A stretch of 64,000 nucleotides of DNA from an uncultured Acidobacteriota bacterium (GCA_963805495.1 CAWDUQ010000001.1:131432-195431); one strand, 5' to 3'; shown: positions 47,647-58,830, numbered from the stretch's first letter. Notes: generated by a model from the letters alone, not told the origin. Made by a program: numbers and translations.

Positions 47647-48345
47647 TCATGACGGTACCCCCTGCGCCGCAGACTCTACGGACCGATCCGCCTCAGGGAG
47701 AGATGACCCGTGCGAACGCGCGAGCAGCCTCAGGCCACAAGTTGCGACAACGGCGCCAGCAAAGAGGATCACGAGGGTCAATAGTATTCGCCAACCCATG
47801 GGCCACAATGATGGAGCGCCTGCTCTGTTAAGCCTAAGCGTGAATCCGAACAAGTTGAACAGTGCATGCAATGAAAAGGTCACCCAGTAGGCAAGGCGCA
47901 GGGACTTCTCCCACCAAGCAACGAAGGCTGCTGAGAGCAGGACGAATCCCCACAGCACGGTAATGCCTTGGAGTGGCTCCCCGAGGGCATGGAGGCCACC
48001 CCAGATTACTGCCGACGCGCCGATTAGTAGCGACTTGCGCGAGGAGACCCGTCGCAGCAGCCAGAACACTGGAATCATCACGAGTGTTTCGACGGCAGGG
48101 GCGATTAGAACCATCAGCATGAACGTAATCGCTGACGCCGAGCGGTGCAGGACGGGAAGTCCCTCAAATAGACGGGCCTGGCCGAAGAGCAGAGGTAGCA
48201 GGTTGAGGACCGCCAAATAGAGCACGTTCCCAACGAACTGCACCAGCCATATCTTGAGAACATACAGACTCGGAGAGGGACGCGGCGCAGCTAGCCACGC
48301 TAGAAATCGTCGTGGAGCCTGCAACAATCGATCTGCGAGGATCAT
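47647..48345 (-). CDS. CPBP-family intramembrane metalloprotease (CAAX protease/Abi-like)
   Basis: 232 aa multi-TM, conserved His motifs (GGLHAL, SLHALFN). Confidence 0.65.
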   Translation of the reverse strand: MILADRLLQAPRRFLAWLAAPRPSPSLYVLKIWLVQFVGNVLYLAVLNLLPLLFGQARLFEGLPVLHRSASAITFMLMVLIAPAVETLVMIPVFWLLRRVSSRKSLLIGASAVIWGGLHALGEPLQGITVLWGFVLLSAAFVAWWEKSLRLAYWVTFSLHALFNLFGFTLRLNRAGAPSLWPMGWRILLTLVILFAGAVVATCGLRLLARSHGSSLPEADRSVESAAQGVPS

Positions 48346-48379
48346 GGCGGCGGCGCCACCACGCCTAACACTAAGGGCC

Positions 48380-48455
48380 GCCTAACGGGTGGCGGGTCAG
48401 CGGCGAGGCCCGACGCGAAGCGGAGGGCCGAGTCCGCTGCACCCGCGGGTTAGGC
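48380..48455 (-). other. attC: attC site (extra GCCTAAC half-site at 48363)
   Basis: 76-nt. Confidence 0.85.
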
Positions 48456-48459
48456 GGCC

Positions 48460-48837
48460 TCATCGAGCTGGCCCCACCCGCACCCGGGCAACCCACCACA
48501 CTATGAGGCCGGTCGCCAGCCCGACGCACGCGAACGGCCAGACCGTCTTCTGCAAAACGACGATGAAAACGATCGGGTTGACCGCGAGGCCACCGATCAA
48601 CGGCGACAGAAGACCGGCGACGATACCCGCCAGCACCCCACTGGCCTTTCGGATGAAAAATCGCCCTATTGCTACCCAGAACGCGACCGATACGACCATC
48701 ACTACCGCGTAGACAGGCCAGGTGAAATACCACCAGCCGGGCCCGGGCTTCATTTCAAGCTGCGCCGTGACTAGTGCACTGCCTACGACGGCCATCACCC
48801 CGGCCACGACCCCAATGATGACAAGCCGAGTCCTCAT
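48460..48837 (-). CDS. integral membrane protein
   Basis: 125 aa. Confidence 0.5.
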   Translation of the reverse strand: MRTRLVIIGVVAGVMAVVGSALVTAQLEMKPGPGWWYFTWPVYAVVMVVSVAFWVAIGRFFIRKASGVLAGIVAGLLSPLIGGLAVNPIVFIVVLQKTVWPFACVGLATGLIVWWVARVRVGPAR

Positions 48838-48845
48838 GCATGGCC

Positions 48846-48921
48846 GCCTAACGGGTGGCGGGTCAGCGGCGAGCTCCGAGCCGAAGGCGAGGAGCGAGTC
48901 CGCTGCACCCGCGGGTTAGGC
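48846..48921 (-). other. attC: attC site
   Basis: 76-nt. Confidence 0.85.
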
Positions 48922-49344
48922 GGCCCCACTTCGTTGCTCCAGTAGTGGCCTGGCAAAGTGCTGTCGCAAATCTGAGAAGTAAACGATTCCTAGAATCAGG
49001 CCCGCAGCGACCGTGGAGAGCAGCGCTGCTGCCCCCGGTGGCCCAGGATAGACACGTGGGCCTTTGACGACAGTGCCCACCACGCCAAGCAACCAGCCCA
49101 CGGTGTAAATGGTCCGGGCTCGCCACCAAAGACGCCAAAGCCCAATCCAACCCACGACAAGAAGAACGAAACTGCTGCCTCCCAACCAGGATGCGATGGC
49201 GCCCTGCCGCTTCCACTGCAGCGCCGCGAAGCTTCGTAACTCTGGAGGAAGCGAGTCCTTCAACAGAAGTGTCCAAACCACCCACGCGAGACCACACGCG
49301 ATCTCGCACACAATCAATATCCTGAGCACGCGCTTGAGGTTCAT
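48916..49344 (-). CDS. integral membrane protein
   Basis: 142 aa. Confidence 0.5.
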   Translation of the reverse strand: MNLKRVLRILIVCEIACGLAWVVWTLLLKDSLPPELRSFAALQWKRQGAIASWLGGSSFVLLVVGWIGLWRLWWRARTIYTVGWLLGVVGTVVKGPRVYPGPPGAAALLSTVAAGLILGIVYFSDLRQHFARPLLEQRSGAA

Positions 49345-49355
49345 GCGCTTGGGCC

Positions 49356-49431
49356 GCCTAACGGGTGGCGGGTCAGCGGCGAGCTCCGAGCCGAAGGCGA
49401 GGAGCGAGTCCGCTGCACCCGCGGGTTAGGC
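49356..49431 (-). other. attC: attC site
   Basis: 76-nt. Confidence 0.85.
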
Positions 49432-49447
49432 CGCGCCGCCATCGTCG

Positions 49448-50110
49448 CTAATCGTCAACCTCTGGGCAAGGGGCTGGCGTCTCTTTCACTCGCGTCACGC
49501 GATTGGAGCCGGGTATGCGAGCATATTCTCGGCACGCATACCAATCGGGATCGCCGAACGCCGTGTACCGAAAGCCGTGGGCTGTGAGGTCAAAGCAGAT
49601 GGAGTTGCCGAATTGGCTCTTCACGAATATGTGGTCGTCGAGAATTCGCGCGATTGTACCGTTGGGCTCCACAGTGAGCATGGTGTAATCCCATCCCCGG
49701 CATCCGGAATACTGTCCCAAGGCAAAGTCCGGTCCGCCGTCGTGATTGTAATCCGCAAGCTCTAACGTCCAGGGCTCAGCACGAAACCACAGGTCTGGCT
49801 GATCGAGCTGCCGTCTGCCGTACTGCCAGTAAACGTTTGGGTCAATGAGGAGTGGGTTCAGCGGAGTGCAGACTGGAGTGCCGCTTGTGAACTCAACGCA
49901 TATCTCGAACACCCCCTCAATCTTCGTGGTACCGGAGCCGCCGCACCACAGCTCCTCGTCAACGTACTCACGGCCCCGGATCAAATTGATAGAAAGGCGA
50001 TCGGCCACGCCGTCGCCGTTGAGGTCCTGCCACACGGTTATCACTGTCCCGCTCTCCTGTGCCTGCAAGGGGCTGCGAAGTGCTAAGGTGACGAGCAGGA
50101 CGAGCCCAGT
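49448..50110 (-). CDS. secreted hypothetical protein (start uncertain)
   Basis: about 220 aa, signal peptide. Confidence 0.5.
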   Translation of the reverse strand, partial: TGLVLLVTLALRSPLQAQESGTVITVWQDLNGDGVADRLSINLIRGREYVDEELWCGGSGTTKIEGVFEICVEFTSGTPVCTPLNPLLIDPNVYWQYGRRQLDQPDLWFRAEPWTLELADYNHDGGPDFALGQYSGCRGWDYTMLTVEPNGTIARILDDHIFVKSQFGNSICFDLTAHGFRYTAFGDPDWYACREYARIPGSNRVTRVKETPAPCPEVDD

Positions 50111-50118
50111 GATAGCGC

Positions 50119-50194
50119 GGCCTAACGGGTGGCGGGTCAGCGGCGAGCTCCGAGCCGAAGGCGAGGAGCGAGTCCGCTGCACCCGCGGGTTAGG
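50119..50194 (-). other. attC: attC site
   Basis: 76-nt. Confidence 0.85.
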
Positions 50195-50204
50195 CGGCCC
50201 GTGA

Positions 50205-50810
50205 CTACTTACACTCGCCAACGTGACTCTCCGCCACCTTGCCGAACAGCAGCCGCCAGCCTCGTGACTGATCGTGGTCGGCTAGAGCCTCTCTTTGCCA
50301 ATCAACAGCGCAACTCGCGTTTGAGGAAGGGAACGCGTACTTCAAGATGATCTTCCAAGGCTCAGCCGTCTTTTCGAACGAGATGGCGTCCTCAAACAGG
50401 TTGGCCGCATCGGCGCTGCGAAAGCTGCCCATGCTAGCCATCCGGGTCAGATCGACTGCGCCAAAGATTGCGAAGTGGCACCACCGACATGGCTCGTCTA
50501 TCTCCTCTATGGCCACTATCAGGAAGTCCTCTCCAGCGACTCCAAGGTCTGACCTCTCGTATGACATCACGGAGGCCTCGTAGGTATGCCACCAAGACAT
50601 TTCATCTGAGCGGTTGGCGAGCATCTCGGCCGACTTCTTCAGCTTCTGCTCGTAATTCGGAACGAGCATTCTGAGGACTTCTTCCTGCGAGATAGGGACA
50701 CTACTCGGAAGAATATTGTGGTTCTTGAAGGCATAACCGGGTTGCGGAGGCCCTTGACCGACGAGATTCCCGCTGATGCCCAGAACGATAGCGGCGCAGA
50801 CTGAGGCCCT
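50205..50810 (-). CDS. secreted hypothetical protein (start uncertain)
   Basis: about 200 aa, signal peptide. Confidence 0.5.
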   Translation of the reverse strand, partial: RASVCAAIVLGISGNLVGQGPPQPGYAFKNHNILPSSVPISQEEVLRMLVPNYEQKLKKSAEMLANRSDEMSWWHTYEASVMSYERSDLGVAGEDFLIVAIEEIDEPCRWCHFAIFGAVDLTRMASMGSFRSADAANLFEDAISFEKTAEPWKIILKYAFPSSNASCAVDWQREALADHDQSRGWRLLFGKVAESHVGECK

Positions 50811-50816
50811 CAGGCC

Positions 50817-50892
50817 GCCTAACGGGTGGCGGGTCAGCGGCGAGCTCCGAGGCGAAGCCGAGGAGCGAGTCCGCTGCACCCGCGGGTTAGGC
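50817..50892 (-). other. attC: attC site
   Basis: 76-nt. Confidence 0.85.
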
Positions 50893-50917
50893 GGCGGGGT
50901 TCTCGGACACTCCCGAC

Positions 50918-51205
50918 CTAGCACGGTCCCTTCACCTTGAGCACGCCACGGCCATGCTCGTACGCTGAAGCCATTCGGTCCACCCAGTACTCGGAAAACC
51001 CTGCAAGTTGAAAGGTGCGACGCATCTGCTTATCACTTCGCTTGATTTGGTAACGATGGCACGCAACTACAAACTCGTAAAACCGGTCCCAGTCGTTCGA
51101 GTGCAACAGCCCCTTGTTGGCCAGTCGCTCGAAACGAGCGAAAACGGGAGTCGTAAAGCGGGTGAGACCCCACTCAGCGCGGGAGACCAAGCCACTTCTT
51201 TTCAT
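50918..51205 (-). CDS. hypothetical protein (95 aa)
   Basis: single ORF filling cassette. Confidence 0.45.
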   Translation of the reverse strand: MKRSGLVSRAEWGLTRFTTPVFARFERLANKGLLHSNDWDRFYEFVVACHRYQIKRSDKQMRRTFQLAGFSEYWVDRMASAYEHGRGVLKVKGPC

Positions 51206-51213
51206 CTCCGTCC

Positions 51214-51289
51214 GCCTAACGGCTGGCGGGTCAGCGGCGAGCTCCGAGGCGAAGCCGAGGAGCGAGTCCGCTGCACCCGCGGGTTAGGC
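51214..51289 (-). other. attC: attC site
   Basis: 76-nt. Confidence 0.85.
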
Positions 51290-51295
51290 CGCGCC

Positions 51296-51463
51296 CTACA
51301 CTTGGACATTCTTGGCCAGCGTCTTGAACCGAGGCCCGATCTGTGGCACCACGGTGATGGTGACGTGACCGCTCTTACTCTTTTTGATGTCGCGTACGGT
51401 ACCGGATTTACCTTTGTGCGTGCCGGCGATGACTTTACAGAAGGCACCCTCTTTCAATTTCAT
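51296..51463 (-). CDS. small KOW-like protein (55 aa), paralog of 5828..6013
   Basis: about 85% aa identity to first copy; below ORF-track cut-off. Confidence 0.45.
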   Translation of the reverse strand: MKLKEGAFCKVIAGTHKGKSGTVRDIKKSKSGHVTITVVPQIGPRFKTLAKNVQV

Positions 51464-51496
51464 CTATGCCTCCGCGTCCACTCCGTGCGTTGCGCG

Positions 51497-51572
51497 GCCT
51501 AACGGGTGGCGGGTCAGCGGCGAGCGCCGTAGCGAAGCGTAGGCGCGAGTCCGCTGCACCCGCGGGTTAGGC
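51497..51572 (-). other. attC: attC site
   Basis: 76-nt. Confidence 0.85.
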
Positions 51573-51584
51573 GGCGTATTCACG

Positions 51585-52010
51585 TCAGCTCACCGTGCGC
51601 GCCGGGTCCGAGTCCAAGTGGATAAACAACTTCACCGTGCATCTCTGGTTTGCCCCGAGCTCAAAAGGGTACAGAACCGGATCGAAGCCAGACAAGCTCG
51701 CATCAACTCGCCACGTTCCGGGCGGCATCCGAAGGGTCGCGATTCCATGAGGGTCCGTCAGCTTCTCGGCCACGATCTCTCCGTCCGGGCGTCTGAGCCT
51801 CACCGTCACTCCTGGCAGCGGAGCCAAACCCTTGTGGTCCCGTACATTCACAGCGACGGTCCAATCGGCCTCCCCACCGACTTCCTGGCATGACGAACTC
51901 GAGACCGCTGACGGCCTCGCAAAGGTCCAATATTGCTTGCCGTCGATCGTCTCGCATCCAGTGGCGAAGATGATCGATCCAGTCGCTATTCCAACCGCCA
52001 ATGTGAAGTA
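51585..52010 (-). CDS. lipoprotein (start uncertain)
   Basis: IIFATGC lipobox. Confidence 0.5.
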   Translation of the reverse strand, partial: YFTLAVGIATGSIIFATGCETIDGKQYWTFARPSAVSSSSCQEVGGEADWTVAVNVRDHKGLAPLPGVTVRLRRPDGEIVAEKLTDPHGIATLRMPPGTWRVDASLSGFDPVLYPFELGANQRCTVKLFIHLDSDPARTVS

Positions 52011-52016
52011 GAAGCC

Positions 52017-52092
52017 GCCTAACGGGTGGCGGGTCAGCGGCGAGCGCCGTAGCGAAGCGTAGGCGCGAGTCCGCTGCACCCGCGGGTTAGGC
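52017..52092 (-). other. attC: attC site
   Basis: 76-nt. Confidence 0.85.
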
Positions 52093-52306
52093 GACGCTTG
52101 CTCGCCACTGCGCCACGCTGCGGTCACCCGCTTTAGCTCTACGCCCACGGACTTGATTCTCCGGGTGCCACCACTGCCTCTAGCCCTGACGTCAGACGCC
52201 CTGCAACCCACGACCCGCGGCTATCGTTGACGGGCCAGGCCAATCGCCACGCTGGAAAAGCCCCGGGCAGGAAGGCGGAACTCGGGGACCTCATTCGTCT
52301 CACGTC
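52093..52306. repeat. family B2 cassette body (identical to 21148-21362)
   Basis: paralog. Confidence 0.7.
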
Positions 52307-52382
52307 GCCTAACGGGTGGCGGGTCAGCGGCGAGCTCCGAGGCGAAGCCGAGGAGCGAGTCCGCTGCACCCGCGGGTTAGGC
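52307..52382 (-). other. attC: attC site
   Basis: 76-nt. Confidence 0.85.
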
Positions 52383-52877
52383 GGCTGCATTTGAGGCCTT
52401 CGCTGCCTGATGAGTTAGAAATGCGAACGACAGCCCGGCAAGCGCCGCGCAGATAGCTGGAAGGATGGCGGTGTCAGCCGGTACCCAAAAGTCGAGCATT
52501 TCCCGCCAGGCCGGCGCGCCACCTTGGAGACCATTCACGAGCCACGGACTTACAAACAGCGAAGCCAAGACACTCAGATCCAAGAGTACGCGAGGCAGAA
52601 GGCGATTCGCGGACCGATGGACCAAGACAGCGACACAGACCAGAACAGACGCGAGCGCGGCCACGGATACCGTGGCGACAAGGGCATGCCAAAGCAAGAC
52701 CTCAATCGACCGAGACGCCAAAGCGCTAGCCCCTGCCGGATGTTCACTGGGTAAGTCGATTGTCAAACCTCGAATGAGAAGGATCAACCGCCCGTAGAAA
52801 AGGACGGGCAGCAGAAGCGGCCACGCCGCGGACAAGGCGAGCCGCCAGGCCACCGACTGTTTCCTCGGTTCAGTCAT
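52377..52877 (-). CDS. integral membrane protein
   Basis: 166 aa. Confidence 0.5.
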   Translation of the reverse strand: MTEPRKQSVAWRLALSAAWPLLLPVLFYGRLILLIRGLTIDLPSEHPAGASALASRSIEVLLWHALVATVSVAALASVLVCVAVLVHRSANRLLPRVLLDLSVLASLFVSPWLVNGLQGGAPAWREMLDFWVPADTAILPAICAALAGLSFAFLTHQAAKASNAAA

Positions 52878-52898
52878 GGGATCAACGTTGAACAGCCG

Positions 52899-52974
52899 CC
52901 TAACGGGTGGCGCGTCAGCGGCTCGCGAAGAGCCGAAGGCGATGAGCGAGTCCGCTGCACGCGCGTGTTAGGCG
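52899..52974 (-). other. attC: attC site
   Basis: 76-nt. Confidence 0.85.
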
Positions 52975-53021
52975 CCACCGCCACGGCTGCCTGCGCCTGC
53001 GATTGCTCACTCCCGACTACG

Positions 53022-53786
53022 CTAGTTCGGCCAGTACAAACCGAGCGCCGTCGAGATAAAGGCAGCCGCCTGAGCGCGTGTAAGCGGCGCATCAGGGCAG
53101 TAATTGCCGCCGCCGCAACCAACAGTAACACCTGCGTTGTAGAGCGCCTCGATAAACCGATAGAACTGATGAGTGCTGGGAACATCAGTGAAAGTGGGCA
53201 CGGCAGGCGGCGGGCTTAGCTGAAGTTCATAGTATACACGAACCGCAGCATAGTAGGTGCTGCCGTCAGTAGGAAAGTTCTGCAGATCGAAGGTGTAGAC
53301 GTTGTTTTGGTTATCCACCGTTACCGGAGGAGAAATGGGAGCTTGGAACACGTTGCAACCAGGAGTTTCCTCAGACCCGGTGTATATCGTAACAATGGCG
53401 CCTCCCATGCCTGCCGGCGAGGCGGCGCTTACGAAAGTGCCTATGAGTTGTCCAGCTGCCGAGTTGTCACAGCCTTCGATTTCGACCATTCGAATCGACA
53501 CGCCCTGTGGAAGGTGAATGGGAGCTACGAAGGATCCTGACGTTAAGTATCGGTCGGGCGTGCCGAGCACTGGCGACCAAGTGTCGTCCTGGTCGAATGT
53601 CTGAAACTCAGTTGCACTGGCTACCCAGGTCGTAAGGCCATTGATACCGAACTCGGGGCGTCTGCCGGGAGGTGTCGGATGCCCCGGCGGCGACTGAAGC
53701 ATCACCTCGGGCTGCGCCGACAGGCCCGTGGTTCGCACAAGACTGAATGCACTCACGATGAGGCAGGCGCGCAATGCAATGCTCAT
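53022..53786 (-). CDS. secreted protein with C-terminal SLH-like domain
   Basis: signal peptide; C-terminal FTDVP..HQFYRFIEAL..GVTVGC..NYCP..PLTRAQAAAF resembles S-layer homology motif. Confidence 0.55.
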   Translation of the reverse strand: MSIALRACLIVSAFSLVRTTGLSAQPEVMLQSPPGHPTPPGRRPEFGINGLTTWVASATEFQTFDQDDTWSPVLGTPDRYLTSGSFVAPIHLPQGVSIRMVEIEGCDNSAAGQLIGTFVSAASPAGMGGAIVTIYTGSEETPGCNVFQAPISPPVTVDNQNNVYTFDLQNFPTDGSTYYAAVRVYYELQLSPPPAVPTFTDVPSTHQFYRFIEALYNAGVTVGCGGGNYCPDAPLTRAQAAAFISTALGLYWPN

Positions 53787-53878
53787 GATCTCCTCCTGTT
53801 CTGGCGAACAGAGCCGATGATTTGGCGATTGTGGGGGCGCGGCACCGACTCGCCAGCCCCGGCGGCATCGTCTGAGGC

Positions 53879-53954
53879 GCCTAACGGGTGGCGGGTCAGC
53901 GGCGCGTGAAGAGCCGAAGGCGATGAACGCGTCCGCTGCACCCGCGGGTTAGGC
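53879..53954 (-). other. attC: attC site
   Basis: 76-nt. Confidence 0.85.
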
Positions 53955-54168
53955 GGCGCTTCACCGCCACCATGACCTGCTGCCGACCGCCTTTCGACAC
54001 TTACGCCCATGACGGTGGTCCCCCGGGAGCCACGACAGCCCCAAAGATAGAGACACCGCAACTCGTCCAGCGTTCGCAACTAACGTTGTCGACCCGAGCG
54101 CCTCGCCACCATGGAAAAGCCCTGGGCAGGAGGGCGTGACTCGGGGCCCTCATTGCTCCGGAACGCCC
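53955..54168. repeat. family B cassette body
   Basis: paralog. Confidence 0.75.
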
Positions 54169-54244
54169 GCCTAACGGGTGGCGGGTCAGCGGCGCGTGAA
54201 GAGCCGAAGGCGATGAACGCGTCCGCTGCACCCGCGGGTTAGGC
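54169..54244 (-). other. attC: attC site
   Basis: 76-nt. Confidence 0.85.
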
Positions 54245-54458
54245 GGCGCTTCACCGCCACCATGACCTGCTGCCGACCGCCTTTCGACACTTACGCCCAT
54301 GACGGTGCTTCCCCGGGAGCCACGACAGCCCCAAAGATAGAGACACCGCAACTCGCCCAGCGTTCGCAACTATCGTTGTCGACATGCTCGCCTCGCCACC
54401 ATGGAAAAGCCCTGGGCAGGAGGGCGTGACTCGGGGCCCTCATTGCTCCGGAACGCCC
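54245..54458. repeat. family B cassette body
   Basis: paralog. Confidence 0.75.
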
Positions 54459-54534
54459 GCCTAACGGGTGGCGGGTCAGCGGCTCGTGAGGCGCCGAAGG
54501 CGCCGAACGAGTCCGCTGCACCCGCGGGTTAGGC
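54459..54534 (-). other. attC: attC site
   Basis: 76-nt. Confidence 0.85.
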
Positions 54535-54816
54535 GGCTTCGTCACGGCGGCCTTCGAGGCGATCACCAAGCCACAACTCCCACACGACGAAACCGACGAC
54601 AGGGACGACCGCGACGAGTGCCCAAGCAGGATTGAGTCCTCGAGCACGAAGGATCAGAGACACGCCAGTTGCCGCGAGCAGTATTCCGGCACCTATCAGC
54701 ACGTACGCCAGCGAGGTGTCGGCGTCAAGCATCCACAGACCAACAAGTTGGCAAGCCACCCCCGGCACGCCAACGACCCAACTCAAGCGATCGAGACGTT
54801 GATGCGAAGGCGTCAT
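54529..54816 (-). CDS. small membrane protein
   Basis: 95 aa. Confidence 0.45.
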   Translation of the reverse strand: MTPSHQRLDRLSWVVGVPGVACQLVGLWMLDADTSLAYVLIGAGILLAATGVSLILRARGLNPAWALVAVVPVVGFVVWELWLGDRLEGRRDEAA

Positions 54817-54827
54817 GTTCTTGAGCC

Positions 54828-54945
54828 GCCTAACGGGTGGCGGGTCAGCTGCGGGCGCCCGACCGCCACGATGGCCCTTGACTCGCCACGAACTTCCCTC
54901 TCGCCAAACCGCATGGCGACCGTCAGCTGCACCCGCGGGTTAGGC
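54828..54945 (-). other. attC: attC site, long class
   Basis: 118-nt. Confidence 0.85.
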
Positions 54946-55308
54946 GCCCTATCCCTGTCGGGTTTACACGCCACGCGACACCTCGCTCACCTCAGACCCC
55001 GACCACGGGATGCGCCGGCTGGCGCGCGCTACGGATTGTCCTCCCTCTCGCCACTCGCGCGCCAGAGCGGCGCGGATTACGACGGGGGGCGGGCCGACAG
55101 ATAAGCCGTCTGGATGCCGTGCCCATGCCCGAGCCTGACTGCGCTCTGCTCCTGGAGCCCAACTAGTCGGCCCGCATCCCGCAGGCGGACGGCGCGCAGA
55201 ACTCCTACCGATTACGCCAACCTCTCCCCTCCGGACACAATCGCCTGCCTCGTGACCGTCGACGCGACTATCCAGCCCGCGCGCCGGCCGCCGTCTTACG
55301 TGCGAAGC
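54946..55308. repeat. family A cassette body
   Basis: paralog. Confidence 0.75.
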
Positions 55309-55384
55309 GCCTAACGGGTGGCGGGTCAGCGGCGAGCGCCGTAGCGAAGCGTAGGCGCGAGTCCGCTGCACCCGCGGGTTAGGC
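55309..55384 (-). other. attC: attC site
   Basis: 76-nt. Confidence 0.85.
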
Positions 55385-55598
55385 GGCGCTTCACCGCCAC
55401 GGTGACCTGCAGCCGAAAGCCTTTCGGGACCTACGCCCATGACGGCGCTTCTCCGGGAGCCACGGCAGCCCCATACATAGAGACACCGCAACTCGCTCCG
55501 CGTTCAGAACTACCGTTGTCGACGCAAGCGCCTCGCCACGCTGGAAAAGCCTTGGGGAGGAGGGCGTGACTCGGGGCCCTCATCTCTCCCCCACGTCC
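55385..55598. repeat. family B cassette body
   Basis: paralog. Confidence 0.75.
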
Positions 55599-55716
55599 GC
55601 CTAACGGGTGGCGCATAAGCTGCGGGCGCCCGACCGCCATCAGATCCCTCGCCTCGCTACGGCGTCCCTTCAACCACTTCTGCATGGCGACCGTCAGCTT
55701 CATGCGCGGGTTAGGC
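55599..55716 (-). other. attC: attC site, long class
   Basis: 118-nt. Confidence 0.85.
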
Positions 55717-56079
55717 GCCCTTTCCCTTTCGGGTTTACACGCCACGCGACACCTCGTTCACCTCAGGCCTCCACCACGGGATGCGCCGGCTGGCGCGCGA
55801 TACGGATTGTCCTCCCTTTGGCCACTCGCGCGCCAGAGCGGCGCGGATTACGACGGGGGGCGGGCCGACAATTGCGTCGTCTGTCGCCCAGGCCGATACC
55901 CGAGCCACGATGCGCCCTGCTTCTGGAGCCGCGATAGTCGGCCCGCATCCCGCAGGCGGCCGGCGCGCAGAACTTGTACCGATTGCGCCGAGCTTTCCCC
56001 TCCGGACACAATCGCGAGCCTCGCGATCGTGGACGCGACTACTCAGCCCGCGCGCCGGTCGCCGTCTTACGTCAGAAGC
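55717..56079. repeat. family A cassette body
   Basis: paralog. Confidence 0.75.
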
Positions 56080-56155
56080 GCCTAACGGGTGGCGGGTCAG
56101 CGGCGCGCGAGGAGCCGAAGGCGATGAACGAGTCCGCTGCACCCGCGGGTTAGGC
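56080..56155 (-). other. attC: attC site
   Basis: 76-nt. Confidence 0.85.
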
Positions 56156-56367
56156 GGCGCTTCACCGCCACGATGACCTGCAGCCGACCGCCTCTCCTGC
56201 CTTACGCCCACGACCGCACTTCTCGGGGCGCCACGAATGCCCCTTGAAAAGAGACACCGCACACGACCGCATTCGCAACTATCGTTGTCGACCCCGGCGC
56301 TTCGCCACGCTGAAAAAGCCCTGGGCAGGAGGGCGTGACTCGGGGCCCTCATTGCTCCCCACCGTCC
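56156..56367. repeat. family B cassette body
   Basis: paralog. Confidence 0.75.
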
Positions 56368-56443
56368 GCCTAACGGGTGGCGGGTCAGCGGCTCGTGAGG
56401 CGCCGAAGGCGCCGAACGAGTCCGCTGCACCCGCGGGTTAGGC
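56368..56443 (-). other. attC: attC site (first, intI-proximal)
   Basis: 76-nt. Confidence 0.85.
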
Positions 56444-56923
56444 CGCTGGTTCACGCCGGCCCCTCTTCCCGCCAACGGGAAGACCCAGACGAACACCGAT
56501 TCGTTCCGCGATCCACGCGATGCCAATAGTTCCGCCGATCCACAGCACGGTGCGCGCGTAACGATCGGCTGGAGCAGGAATGAGCATCGACAGCGGTAAA
56601 CCGACAAATGGAACGACGAGGGTCCAGAGGATCAGCGTTGCGGCGGCTGTTAGAGCGAACGCGTGCAGCTTAAATGGAATCTGCCTGCCCATCCGGGCCG
56701 AACCCAAGAGCGACAGGCGGACCGAGATCTCCGTCACGACCAAAAGGCCCGTCAGGAGGCAGAAGAGCAAGAGACCTGACGCCACGCGCGTGTTAATGCC
56801 GGAGACAACAAGGCTTTCCTTCCATGAGGCCGCATGCAACTGAAATCCCACGAACACGAGCGCCCAGCTTCCAATCATCAAGACAACTAAGACCCATCCG
56901 CGTGCGGCCTCCGAGCGCTTCAT
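56438..56923 (-). CDS. integral membrane protein (first cassette)
   Basis: 161 aa multi-TM. Confidence 0.5.
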   Translation of the reverse strand: MKRSEAARGWVLVVLMIGSWALVFVGFQLHAASWKESLVVSGINTRVASGLLLFCLLTGLLVVTEISVRLSLLGSARMGRQIPFKLHAFALTAAATLILWTLVVPFVGLPLSMLIPAPADRYARTVLWIGGTIGIAWIAERIGVRLGLPVGGKRGRREPAA

Positions 56924-56933
56924 GACTTCGAGC

Positions 56934-57014
56934 GGCCTAACGCTTGCATAGGCTGTAACTTCGACTTCCTAAGCGATTCTGTCAATCGCTGCATCGCCCA
57001 CCCCCCGCGCCTCT
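56934..57014 (-). other. attI: putative attI site between intI stop and first cassette
   Basis: GCCTAAC half-site at 56936 followed by non-attC sequence up to intI stop codon (57015). Confidence 0.5.
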
Positions 57015-58211
<1,197 letters not shown>

Positions 58212-58214
58212 GGT

Positions 58215-58500
58215 CTAGTGGCGCCGGGGGGATCGCCCCGGACGCCGGCTGTCGTGCATGACGGCGAGGACGCGAATCGTTCCGGCCTTGACGGAGAAGA
58301 GAACGCTGTAGGGAAACTGGCTCAGCCTTCGACGGCGAAGCCTGGCTCTGACGATTGGAGCGGATCTCGGGTACGTCCGGATGTCGTCCAGGGCGGCCGT
58401 GATGTCGCGAACGAAGCGGGTACCGAGATCGGTCCTTCGGGCCTCGTAGAACTCGAAGGCCTCGATAATCTCTTCGACGGCCTGTCGAGCGATGACGATT
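58215..58500 (-). CDS. ParE/RelE-family toxin (start uncertain); stop codon in frame with and 3 nt from intI start
   Basis: [33 protein letters not shown]... Confidence 0.5.
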
Positions 58501-58504
58501 CGGT

Positions 58505-58753
58505 CTAGCCGCCGCGGGCCTTCCTCACCGTCCCGGACCTCAAGCGGCCGAGCACCTCGCGGGCCGGAATCGTATCGGCTCGCTCGGTGTCCAACTCCCG
58601 CTCCCGGCGCTCGGCCTCGTCGAACCAGAGGCGTTCGATGGCCGTCTCGCCGGCGGGGGGCAGGCTCGCCATGAGCCTCCGTGCGAGAGCGGCTCGCGCC
58701 CGGGCTCCGAGCTTCAAGGCTTCGGCTTCGATCTCTTCGAGTTTCCGAGGCAT
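58505..58753 (-). CDS. putative addiction-module antitoxin
   Basis: 82 aa [15 protein letters not shown]... Confidence 0.6.
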   Translation of the reverse strand: MPRKLEEIEAEALKLGARARAALARRLMASLPPAGETAIERLWFDEAERRERELDTERADTIPAREVLGRLRSGTVRKARGG

Positions 58754-58830
58754 ACCCGTGACCTCCGGCGCTCATCCAGTCTACGCCGCCTTTCGCCTGT
58801 CTACTGATTGTCGCGAAGGGGCCGGCGACC

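Noticed and set aside
1-56940. A regularly spaced repeat array that could be mistaken for a CRISPR locus or for REP/BIME elements
   Set aside because: The repeats are 76-118 nt imperfect palindromes with a variable centre and RYYYAAC/GTTRRRY core sites. The intervening units are 200-2100 bp and mostly contain whole genes. An IntI gene abuts the array. This is attC/cassette organisation, not CRISPR repeat-spacer or REP organisation.
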